DNA of 64,000 bases from an uncultured Candidatus Bathyarchaeia archaeon (GTDB lineage: Archaea > Thermoproteota > Bathyarchaeia > 40CM-2-53-6): positions 8,188-72,187 of the forward strand of contig CAZLHM010000005.1 of assembly GCA_964559555.1 (NCBI GenBank), in the 5' to 3' direction. The position numbers and the translations under genes were made by a program. The notes below the pieces were generated by a model. The model did not search any database, had not been told where the DNA came from, and saw only the letters and a list, made by a program, of their open reading frames with translations. Position 1 is the stretch's first letter. Each line of letters starts with the position of its first letter. Shown here piece after piece: positions 29,271-38,043 of the stretch.

Positions 29271-29972
29271 ATGAATGACATAACCACACAGGTTTCACTG
29301 GACGTGACAACTCTCGATGAAGCGCTGAGGATGGCGTGCGGGGCTGTGAGGGCCGGGATCGATTGGCTTGAGGCGGGCACCCCGCTGATCCTCGCGGAAG
29401 GCCTTCGCTCTATTCGTGCCCTTCACAAGGAGTTTCCAACTCATCCGATCGTAGCCGACCTCAAGACTATGGATGGAGGCCGCGGGGAGGCTGAATTGGC
29501 GTTCGACGCTGGTGCAACCTTCGTCGTGGTGATGAGTCAGGCTCATTGGGCAACAGTGAAAGACGTTGTGGCAATGGCTCGCCGAAAAGGTGGGAAGGCC
29601 ATGGCTGATCTGCTGAACGCGCCGGACAAGGTACACGCGGCCAAGGAGATGGAACAACTAGGCATTGACTACATAATAGCTCATCTTGGATTCGATGAAC
29701 GACATCATGTTGCAGGACTGAGTGCTTTAGACAAGTTGGACGAAATCGTTCACGCGGTGAAGACTCCCGTTCAAGCGGTTGGGGGCCTTTCAATTGACCA
29801 AGCGATCCAATCGCTGAGACTCGGCGCGAAATCTATTGTGATCGGCTCACCTCTTGCAATCGCTCCGGACCGTTTTGCCACAGTAGCCGAATTCGAGGCA
29901 ATCCTACGTGATGTGGTGAATCGCGTCAGGAACCTGAGAGATATCGATTTGGAGAAGGGCATTGCACGATGA
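29271..29972 (+). CDS. HPS/KGPDC family (3-hexulose-6-P synthase or 3-keto-acid-6-P decarboxylase)
   Basis: QVSLD, WLEAGTPL, VADLKTMDGG, HLGFD, AVGG. ATG 29271 follows a GGTGA SD. Confidence 0.85.
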   Translation: MNDITTQVSLDVTTLDEALRMACGAVRAGIDWLEAGTPLILAEGLRSIRALHKEFPTHPIVADLKTMDGGRGEAELAFDAGATFVVVMSQAHWATVKDVVAMARRKGGKAMADLLNAPDKVHAAKEMEQLGIDYIIAHLGFDERHHVAGLSALDKLDEIVHAVKTPVQAVGGLSIDQAIQSLRLGAKSIVIGSPLAIAPDRFATVAEFEAILRDVVNRVRNLRDIDLEKGIAR

Positions 29973-30145
29973 TCAGATCAGGCGTAGAACAGCCCCATCT
30001 TTCCGTTGGAAGCAAGCTTGTCTTAATCATCAGAACCCGCACTCGAGATCTGACTGAGAGCTTCAGAACGACGGCGAGAGGAGTGCTAAGAATAAGAGGT
30101 TTTGCGTGAGCCTGCGCCGAGCTACTTCAACGACGAAGCGTTGTC

Positions 30146-30160
30146 CGAAAGGCTCTTAAA
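30146..30160 (+). promoter_or_regulatory. BRE/TATA promoter, probably giving a leaderless transcript of the ABC SBP
   Basis: CGAAAGGCTCTTAAA ending 25 bp before ATG 30185. Confidence 0.55.
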
Positions 30161-30184
30161 TCGACCTTGTCGTACCTTCGAGCC

Positions 30185-31690
30185 ATGTCAACTGGAAAAG
30201 ACGTATCAAAAGAGCAAACTGATGTCTCTCGAAGGAAGTTCTTGAAATACGGTGCAGGAGTTGTCGTCGTCGGAGCTGCAGCTGCAGCCGGATACTACGC
30301 TCTCACTGCTCAACCACCCGGACCTCCTACAGAAACAACAACCGCTGAAACTACTGTTCCAGAAACGACGGTGTTGGTGCCGGAAGAAGTCGAGTGGGGC
30401 ATATGGAGCTGGGGTGTTGAACTCGTCCAGGATAATGCGCGAATATTCAACGAGGCAAACCCGGATGTCCACGTGAAGGTCGGTGACTACGGTCTCGACA
30501 CGTACGGCTCGGGTCTCGCGGCCGCATACGCAGGAGGTAAACCCCCTGATATGCACTACAGTACGCCAGACATCACCATTACGTATCACAACGCAAAGCA
30601 AACCTATGACATGGAAACTGACTACCCGGAGATAAGGAAGTACCTCGACGACGTATTTCCCGGATACAGATCGGGGTTGATTAATCCCTTCACGGGCAAG
30701 GTCTACGGTCTCTTCTACTATTCCGGAGGACAGACATTCGTCTACAACAAGAAACACCTCGACGCAGCTGGAATCAGCGGACCCCCCGCCACGATGGAGC
30801 AGCTCAGAGAAGATGCGAAGACGATCAAGAAGAAAGGCGTTGTGGAGTTCCCGTTGGGCTTCTTCGCGGGAAGCTGGGGCTTCGTTGAATGTGCATGCTA
30901 CGGTACAATGTTGGCATTGACGAACCAGGACCCACCGTTCATGTGGGATGAAGACCTCAAGCCGACGTTCAACTACAAAGGATCTCCGTTCTTCAATGCG
31001 ATTAAGTACGTTGGTGAGGCCATATGGGTCGATAAGACATCGACCACGGCAGTCGTTCAGTACGATGAACCTACGACAGTCAAGGTGATGGGCGCAGGAA
31101 CGCACTCATACATCGAGATGCCGGACTATGAGCTGGCATTCATCAACCCGCCAGGAGCCAGCGCAGAGGCAGGGAACCTCAAGTACGCGGTGGCGCCGGG
31201 GTCCGGCAGGATCTCAAGCATCTACCGAACGTATGTCGCTTCCCACACTGCGAACGACTATGGTGCTCGTCACCGGGACGCGGTCTGGAGACTGATGCAG
31301 TTCACTGGGGGAAAGACAACCAATACGAAACCTGACTTTGCAAGTGGCAAATATCAGGTCGTAAAGCGATTGGCTATGCAAGCGGGACTTGCGTTCCCGT
31401 ACGCCTCCATGTGGCAAGACCAAGAGATACTTGACTCGATGAAGGCATGGTGCGACCCAGAAGTCAGAGGACAAGCCCTTTCCAAGGCATACGACTTCTT
31501 CAACGACCCGAAGATGACCCCATGGTGGGATCCATGGTGGGGATACTGGCTTGCTGGAGTCGTTAGACCGAGAATACATTCGATCTGGCTCGGAGAGCAT
31601 GGGCAGCCGGCTAGCGACGACTACATCCTCCAGACACTCAACGAAATCGCTGACGAATGGACCAAGATGAAGCAAGCCGCAGGCGGGTAA
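30185..31690 (+). CDS. Carbohydrate ABC transporter substrate-binding protein, Tat-exported
   Basis: Twin-arginine SRRKFLK, a hydrophobic helix and a Pro/Thr-rich linker, then GGKPPD and YNKKHL..AGI..PP.T (CUT1-type SBP). Confidence 0.9.
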   Translation: MSTGKDVSKEQTDVSRRKFLKYGAGVVVVGAAAAAGYYALTAQPPGPPTETTTAETTVPETTVLVPEEVEWGIWSWGVELVQDNARIFNEANPDVHVKVGDYGLDTYGSGLAAAYAGGKPPDMHYSTPDITITYHNAKQTYDMETDYPEIRKYLDDVFPGYRSGLINPFTGKVYGLFYYSGGQTFVYNKKHLDAAGISGPPATMEQLREDAKTIKKKGVVEFPLGFFAGSWGFVECACYGTMLALTNQDPPFMWDEDLKPTFNYKGSPFFNAIKYVGEAIWVDKTSTTAVVQYDEPTTVKVMGAGTHSYIEMPDYELAFINPPGASAEAGNLKYAVAPGSGRISSIYRTYVASHTANDYGARHRDAVWRLMQFTGGKTTNTKPDFASGKYQVVKRLAMQAGLAFPYASMWQDQEILDSMKAWCDPEVRGQALSKAYDFFNDPKMTPWWDPWWGYWLAGVVRPRIHSIWLGEHGQPASDDYILQTLNEIADEWTKMKQAAGG

Positions 31691-31711
31691 GCATAGAACA
31701 CGTGTGACGCC

Positions 31712-32596
31712 TTGAAAGGCGACATCAAGGACATCTCGATAGGGCTGTTACCAGCCCTAATCCCCCTTTTCTTGTTCGGTTTCTATCCGTTAGGCTACGC
31801 GGCCTACGTGAGTCTGTACAAGTACAATCTGAAGTATCCTAACCTCTATGGCTTCATCGGAGGCCAGAACTATGTCGACGTAACGCAGACATACTACTTC
31901 AAGCAGTCCCTCACGAGCAGCGTGATTTTCGCCGTGATCGCCATTCCCGCGATCTTGTTCGTCTCCTTGGCCCTCGCCCTACTTGCCGCGAGAAAGTTCA
32001 GAGGGTCCGGTTTTGTTCAATGGATGATTCTCGTCCCTTGGGGGATCCCGTACGTTGTTGCGGGACTCGACTGGAAATGGATTTTCGACTCCAACTATGG
32101 CCTATTCAATGCAATTCTACTTCAGCTTGGACTGATAGATGCCTACAAGCCATGGCTCACGATGCAATGGCCCGCGATGACAGTTGTGACAATCTCATTC
32201 ATTTGGGTGACGCTGCCGCTTCCGACGCTTTTGTTCTTGGCGGGGATTCAGTCGATTCCCCAAGAACTCTACGAGGCGGCAATGGTAGATGGAGCGAGAA
32301 CTTTCGCTCGTTTCCGGGCCATTACCTACACATGGCTGAAGCCGATATTCCTGATAGTCATAATCCTCACAACCCTCATGTCAATACAGGTCTTTGACCC
32401 GATCTACGTGATCACACAAGGCGGACCCGCAGACTTCACAGCACTGATTAGCTACTATACCTTCCAAGAGATGTTCACTTTCTTGGACTTTGGCCATGCA
32501 TCTGCATTGGCCTTTATGATCTTCATTGTGAGCATCCTCCTGATCTTCGCGTACTTCTACGTGTTGCGTATGGGTCGCCTGAGACTTCGTGCATGA
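31712..32596 (+). CDS. Carbohydrate ABC transporter permease (MalF-like)
   Basis: Six TM segments, EAA loop ELYEAAMVDGA, TQGGP. Confidence 0.93.
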   Translation: MKGDIKDISIGLLPALIPLFLFGFYPLGYAAYVSLYKYNLKYPNLYGFIGGQNYVDVTQTYYFKQSLTSSVIFAVIAIPAILFVSLALALLAARKFRGSGFVQWMILVPWGIPYVVAGLDWKWIFDSNYGLFNAILLQLGLIDAYKPWLTMQWPAMTVVTISFIWVTLPLPTLLFLAGIQSIPQELYEAAMVDGARTFARFRAITYTWLKPIFLIVIILTTLMSIQVFDPIYVITQGGPADFTALISYYTFQEMFTFLDFGHASALAFMIFIVSILLIFAYFYVLRMGRLRLRA

Positions 32597-32609
32597 GAGG
32601 CAAGGAAAC

Positions 32610-33497
32610 ATGGGAAGAGGAAGCAGTGCTGGTCTCACGCTGGCGGTGATTCTGGTTGCTGTCTGGATATTGTTTCCGATTGTCTGGATGGTCAACCTCA
32701 GCCTCCAGACGGAACCTCAGATTACACAGGTTCCTCCCTACTATCTCCCTCCGACTCCCTCACTGAGGAACTATGAGTTCGTTCTTAACGCGGAACAGGC
32801 GATCAAAGAACGTCTGAAGTACTTCGGGATAGCAGGCGAGTTCCTACCTGCAGTTGCCGCCCAGTATCCGAGAGGCATTGTGAACAGTGTCGTTATCTCA
32901 CTCACGATAGTGGGAATCAACTTGGTGGCTGGGACACTTGCATCGTATACTTTCACGCGAATAAGGTTCCGGGGTCACATGAAACTCTTCTACGCGTCTA
33001 TCGTGGGCAGATTGATACCACCTGTAGCCGTCGTAGTTCCGTACTACATCATTCTATTCGGATTCAAGATGTTGGATACTATCCCGGCTGTCGTCATGAT
33101 ACACGCCTACTTCACACTCCCGCTGACGATCTGGATTCTGAACACTTATTTGGCGACTATTCCGGAGGACATCGAAGACGCCGCCAGGGTTGACGGCTAT
33201 TCTCGATTGGAGACGCTACGAAAGGTTGTCTTTCCGCTAATCAAGCCAGGAATCGTAGCGATCGGCATTATCAGCTTCATGATGTCATGGACTGAGTTCT
33301 TCTTTGCGTTCATGGTTACCAAGACCGAGGCTGCTCGAACTTTGCCCGTGATTATCGGTTTCATGTCAGCCCAGCCTGTCAAACCTGTCGGCATAATCAT
33401 GGCCTCAGGCCTGATTGCCATGATACCTGCACTGATCATCATCGCTGTGTTCCGCAGATATCTAATCCGAGGCCTTGTTGCAGGAGCCGTCAGGTAG
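32610..33497 (+). CDS. Carbohydrate ABC transporter permease (MalG-like)
   Basis: IPEDIEDAARVDG, SWTEFFFA, RYLIRGLVAGAV. Confidence 0.93.
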   Translation: MGRGSSAGLTLAVILVAVWILFPIVWMVNLSLQTEPQITQVPPYYLPPTPSLRNYEFVLNAEQAIKERLKYFGIAGEFLPAVAAQYPRGIVNSVVISLTIVGINLVAGTLASYTFTRIRFRGHMKLFYASIVGRLIPPVAVVVPYYIILFGFKMLDTIPAVVMIHAYFTLPLTIWILNTYLATIPEDIEDAARVDGYSRLETLRKVVFPLIKPGIVAIGIISFMMSWTEFFFAFMVTKTEAARTLPVIIGFMSAQPVKPVGIIMASGLIAMIPALIIIAVFRRYLIRGLVAGAVR

Positions 33498-33638
33498 ACA
33501 CAGCTGCCGCAGAGCCGGATACACGAGCCTAAACTGCAGTCTTCCTCGTGCTTTGTCTAGTTCGCCTTGAGAACCAGAAGGGCCCACGGTCGAGTGTTTT
33601 GGGCTGATGTGAACGGCCGTGGCCTGCGCGGTTTGATC

Positions 33639-34733
33639 CTATACCAACGTGACTTCCGATTGCTTGTCGAAGATGTGCATCCTACCTCTGTCAATCGAAA
33701 GCCACACGTTCTCTCCCATCTTTGATGTGAATGTCGGAGGCACGACTGCTTTGACTATGTCCTCTCCAAGCTTGATGTCTAGGATCGTTTCCGAACCCAG
33801 TGGTTCTGCAGCGTAGACCTCAGCCTGTATCCGTTCTGCAGAGGTCTTCTCCCTCGACACCGCTATGTTCGTAGGTCTAACGCCCAAGACAAGTTCTGAC
33901 CCAACCTGCCTATCACCGAGCTGCTGCCGGAACTCTGAGATGTCGAGGACGAAACCGTCAAACGTAATGAACGCCTTGTGTCTATCTTTCTGCTCGTACT
34001 TGCCGATTAGGGTGTTCATGGGAGGGCTACCAACGAACTTGGCAACGAAAAGATCCTTTGGGTGATCATAGACAGCTTCGGAGACATCGAACTGAAGTAG
34101 CTTTCCTTCGTTGATCACCGCTATCTTGTTGGCCATGGACAATGCCTCAAGCTCGTCTGGTGTGCTGAATATGGCGGTTTGTTTGAGTTCCTCCTGCAGT
34201 TTTCTGAGTTCCGCACGCATGTGAAGCCTGAGTTTCGCGTCGAGGTTACTCAGAGGCTCATCCATGAGGAAGACATCTGACGGTCGTACAATTGCCCTGC
34301 CGATGGCAACTCTCTGTCTTTCTCCGCCACTCAGGAGCCCGGGCCTCTTCTCTAGCAGGTGTGAGATGCCGAGCATCTCGCCTACTTCCTTCACCTTCTT
34401 GTCGATGTCTGGCTTCGACATGCGCCGCTTCTTCAGAGGGAAGGACAGGTTGTCGTACACGGTCATCTGGGGATAAAGTGCGAAGGTCTGGAATACCATT
34501 GACACGTTCCTCTGGGAAGGTTGGAGATTGTTGACCTGTCTGTCCCCGATGTAGATGTTGCCACTTGTTTGACTATCTAGGCCCGCGATCATTCGTAGAG
34601 TCGTTGTCTTGCCAGCGCCTGGAGGACCTAAGAGGCAGACAAACTCACCATCCTTGACCTCCAAGGTCAGATTGTCAACGATAGTCGCCTTACCGATCTT
34701 CTTTGTAAGATTCTCAAGTACTACATGAGCCAT
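33639..34733 (-). CDS. Sugar ABC ATPase (MalK-like, TOBE) lacking the H-loop His
   Basis: Walker A GPPGAGKT, signature LSGGERQR, Walker B FLMDEP, and H-loop STPDE instead of VTHDQ. Confidence 0.92.
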   Translation of the reverse strand: MAHVVLENLTKKIGKATIVDNLTLEVKDGEFVCLLGPPGAGKTTTLRMIAGLDSQTSGNIYIGDRQVNNLQPSQRNVSMVFQTFALYPQMTVYDNLSFPLKKRRMSKPDIDKKVKEVGEMLGISHLLEKRPGLLSGGERQRVAIGRAIVRPSDVFLMDEPLSNLDAKLRLHMRAELRKLQEELKQTAIFSTPDELEALSMANKIAVINEGKLLQFDVSEAVYDHPKDLFVAKFVGSPPMNTLIGKYEQKDRHKAFITFDGFVLDISEFRQQLGDRQVGSELVLGVRPTNIAVSREKTSAERIQAEVYAAEPLGSETILDIKLGEDIVKAVVPPTFTSKMGENVWLSIDRGRMHIFDKQSEVTLV

Positions 34734-34747
34734 TTCCCATGATCCTC

Positions 34748-35830
34748 CTAGACTAGAGCTCTCTCACTTTCCTTGTCGAAGACATGTATTCGGTCCATAT
34801 CGAAAGCTACAGGGAGCTTCTGCCCCTCAGAGACCTTGATTGTACGGGGCGCGACGGCTTTGATTACTTGACTTCCAACCTTCAGGTCTATGATGTTCTG
34901 GTCACCGATCGGCTCGACCAAGTACACCTCAGCGTCGACTCTCTGCTTGGCGCCGCGAGCTTCCACTGAGATGTCGTGCGGTCTGACTCCCAGCACCAAC
35001 TTCTTGCCCCCGCTCATGAGGGATTCCTTGAAATCGCTGGCATCCAACGTGAAGCTTTCAAACTGAAGGAACGGCCCGCGATCCTTTTCCACACGGTCAC
35101 ACTCGAGGAAGTTCATTGTTGGGCTGCCGATGAACCCTGCCACAAATTGGCTCTTTGGATGGTCGTAGAGCGTTTCTGGCGCGTCGTATTGCAGTAACAG
35201 CCCCAAGTCCATGACGCCAATTTTGTCAGCCATCGACATGGCTTCAACCTGATCGTGAGTTACGTAGATCGTCGTCTGTTTGTGCTCTTCGTGAATTCGC
35301 TTGAGTTCCACTCTCATAGTAGCCCTTAGTCGAGCGTCCAAGTTTGTGAGCGGCTCGTCGAGCAGCAAGACCTGCGTATCTCTAACATATGCCCTCCCAA
35401 GGGCGATCCGTTGTTTCTCACCTGCGGTAAGACTCATCGCATCCTTGTCTAGGATCTGACTGATTCTCAGCATCTCGGCGGTCTTCTTGACTCTGCTGTC
35501 AATCTCTTCACCCGACATCTTTTGCTGCTTCAGGGGGAACTCGAGATTCTGCCTCACAGTCATTCCCGGATAGATGGCGTAGAACTGAAACACCATCGCA
35601 ATCTTCCTTTCCACTGGGGAGAGATCGTTGACGACTTTGTCCCCGATGTAGATCTTGCCTTCGTCTGGTGTCTCAAGACCTGCGATCATTCTGAGCGTAG
35701 TAGTCTTCCCGCAACCCGACGGACCCAAGAGACATGCGAGGGTACCGTCTTCGATTTCCAAGTTCAGGTCCTTGACTGCCTCAAGCTTGCCGAAACGCTT
35801 CACCAAGTTCTCGATCTTCACTCTCGCCAA
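34748..35830 (-). CDS. Sugar ABC ATPase (MalK-like, TOBE) with a degenerate signature
   Basis: GPSGCGKT, LLLDEP and VTHDQ are intact, while the signature reads LTAGEKQR. Confidence 0.92.
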   Translation of the reverse strand: MARVKIENLVKRFGKLEAVKDLNLEIEDGTLACLLGPSGCGKTTTLRMIAGLETPDEGKIYIGDKVVNDLSPVERKIAMVFQFYAIYPGMTVRQNLEFPLKQQKMSGEEIDSRVKKTAEMLRISQILDKDAMSLTAGEKQRIALGRAYVRDTQVLLLDEPLTNLDARLRATMRVELKRIHEEHKQTTIYVTHDQVEAMSMADKIGVMDLGLLLQYDAPETLYDHPKSQFVAGFIGSPTMNFLECDRVEKDRGPFLQFESFTLDASDFKESLMSGGKKLVLGVRPHDISVEARGAKQRVDAEVYLVEPIGDQNIIDLKVGSQVIKAVAPRTIKVSEGQKLPVAFDMDRIHVFDKESERALV

Positions 35831-36124
35831 GTACTAACGGCCTCGCTCACTGCGCGCATGATGAACCCTGTTTGTGAGGTTCCTCGATACGGTTTGGCGA
35901 AATCACTCGACCCTTGATATATAACTTATCACCAAGGGGAGTCCTCGCAACTGCACGAACCATCGGCGCCGACATAGGTGGTTCAAGAGGTGCCGATGGT
36001 TTTCGAATCCTATACACACTACGCTATTCGTTGGCGCTGGACAATGAAGGCGTTGCGCTGACAAGGCTTTTCAATGCAAACCGCCGGTCATGGCGCACAC
36101 GCACTTGCAGAAAGAGGCAGAACA

Positions 36125-37027
36125 ATGCGAAGAGAGTATCTGATGCTGATCGCGGCGACTTTCATCTGGGGCTCGGGACATCCGATTGGGAAGCTCATCC
36201 TCGCTGAGATTACACCTCTTCAGCTTTCCATGCTGAGTTCCGTCCTAGGCGCGCTTGCCGTTGCGTTTGGTCTGGTCGTCAAAAGACGACTGAGCAATCT
36301 TGCTCAGCTACGAGGTCGAGGGCTGACTCTGGCGCTGCTGTCTGGCGCAATAATGTTCTTTCTCTATCCGAATCTGAGTTTCTCCGCCCTCCAGCAGATC
36401 CCTGCGTCAGCAAACGCGATACTCGTGGCGACGAGCACGATCTTTGTGGCAATACTTTCGCCGATCGTTTTGAAAGAGAAACTCGACATCAGAGGATATG
36501 TGGCCGTTGTGGTTTCTTTCATGGGAGTCGCGTTTGTAGTGTTGAGTACTGGTCAGAGAAGCGCGAGCCTTCTAGGATTGAATCTGTTGGGATGTTCACT
36601 CTCTTTGGCAGGGGCGCTTGCGGCTGCGTCGTACACGATGATAGGTAGAAAAGCCATGGCTAGGCATGATGCGCTCTCTGTCACGCTTGTGGGTTCGGTG
36701 CTCGGCGGAGTCCTTCTGGCTGTGGTCGTGCAGGGCACGTCTGGATTCGTTGAGATCGCTCACGCGTCATTGAGGACCGATGCACTCGTGGCTTACTGGG
36801 GGATCTTCTCTGGTTTGGCGTACGTCATGTTCTACGATAGTTTGAAGAGGCTTGAGGCGACGAAGGCAAGTTCGTTCATCTATCTCAGCCCGCTCTTCGC
36901 AGTAGTGCTCTCGATAGCGATTCTGGGGGAAGCGATGACGCTCACATTCGTGGGTGGTATGGCACTCATCCTAGGCGGAATCTGGGGAACCCAGAGGAGC
37001 AGATCAGCGCCGCAAAGCACGGGCTAA
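36125..37027 (+). CDS. EamA/DMT family transporter
   Basis: About ten TM segments, IWG start, and a duplicated LKEK/LGE EamA repeat. Confidence 0.88.
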   Translation: MRREYLMLIAATFIWGSGHPIGKLILAEITPLQLSMLSSVLGALAVAFGLVVKRRLSNLAQLRGRGLTLALLSGAIMFFLYPNLSFSALQQIPASANAILVATSTIFVAILSPIVLKEKLDIRGYVAVVVSFMGVAFVVLSTGQRSASLLGLNLLGCSLSLAGALAAASYTMIGRKAMARHDALSVTLVGSVLGGVLLAVVVQGTSGFVEIAHASLRTDALVAYWGIFSGLAYVMFYDSLKRLEATKASSFIYLSPLFAVVLSIAILGEAMTLTFVGGMALILGGIWGTQRSRSAPQSTG

Positions 37028-38043
37028 CTCGTCATGGGCAGTAGGACAGGTTCTCCTTTCTTTGCGGATTCGTAGGCCGCTACAGTAATCTCCGTGCCTT
37101 GTCTTCCATCGAACGCCGTGGCCACGGGTTTCTTGTCTTCCAGGATGCAGTCTATGAAACCCCGAACCATCTCCTTGTCCGCGTCACATCCCCAGAAATT
37201 CCACTCAAGTCGATTGTTCGGCGCTTCGGCCTGCGTGACATACACTACCTGTCTGAATGCGTCGAAAGATAGCATGCCCTTAGTTCCTATTATCTCGAGA
37301 GCCATGTCACCCCACATGTACCATCCTGCGGGCCTGGACCAGCTTCCGTCGATTGTGCCGACTGCTCCGCTGCGGAAATCTATCACTGTCAGACCATTGT
37401 CCTCGACCGGGAGCTCGGGATGAACATTCTTGCCTATTGTCGTGTACACTTTCTGGGCCTCGCTCTTAGTGTACCAACGCATCAGGTCTAACAGGTGAAT
37501 GGTGTGATCCATGACCGAACCGCCGCCAGAAAGTTCGGGTCGAATGAAGAATCCGGTGTGTAGCTGTTCTAGCCACTTGAGATGGTTCGTGCCTGTCATG
37601 GCCACGACCTTTCCGATCCTTCCTTTGTCGACAGCGTTCTTGATTAGTCTTGAGACCGCGTGATACCTCATCACGAAGCACATTTGGAACTTGATTCCAG
37701 CCCTCTGTGCTGCACTCGACATTCGATCTGCATCAGGAACTGTTGTCGCCATGGGTTTCTCACATAGAACGTGCTTCCTGGCCTCGGCAGCGTCAACCGC
37801 CATCTGTGCGTGTTTCGTATTCTCGGAAGTTATGATAACAGCGTCGACATCATTCCTCTTCAGAACGTCGTGGTAATCGAGATAGTGCTCCACACCGTAC
37901 CGCTGGCCAGCCTCCTTCGCTCTGCCAGCGTCATCATCCGAGACTGCTACGAGGTTTCCGTGTGTAAGTTCCTTCACGGCCCTAGCGTAGCTGTAGCCGT
38001 GGAAATGCCCCAATCCCGTGACTGCTATGTTCACTCTCTCCAT
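37024..38043 (-). CDS. Gfo/Idh/MocA oxidoreductase
   Basis: HVLCEKP, GGGSVMDHTIH. Confidence 0.9.
   Translation of the reverse strand: MERVNIAVTGLGHFHGYSYARAVKELTHGNLVAVSDDDAGRAKEAGQRYGVEHYLDYHDVLKRNDVDAVIITSENTKHAQMAVDAAEARKHVLCEKPMATTVPDADRMSSAAQRAGIKFQMCFVMRYHAVSRLIKNAVDKGRIGKVVAMTGTNHLKWLEQLHTGFFIRPELSGGGSVMDHTIHLLDLMRWYTKSEAQKVYTTIGKNVHPELPVEDNGLTVIDFRSGAVGTIDGSWSRPAGWYMWGDMALEIIGTKGMLSFDAFRQVVYVTQAEAPNNRLEWNFWGCDADKEMVRGFIDCILEDKKPVATAFDGRQGTEITVAAYESAKKGEPVLLPMTS

Noticed and set aside
30206-31675. Long antisense ORFs (299 and 153 aa here, also 40970-41806 and 42560-43369)
   Set aside because: They are shadows of well-supported genes in moderately GC-rich DNA and have no motifs of their own.
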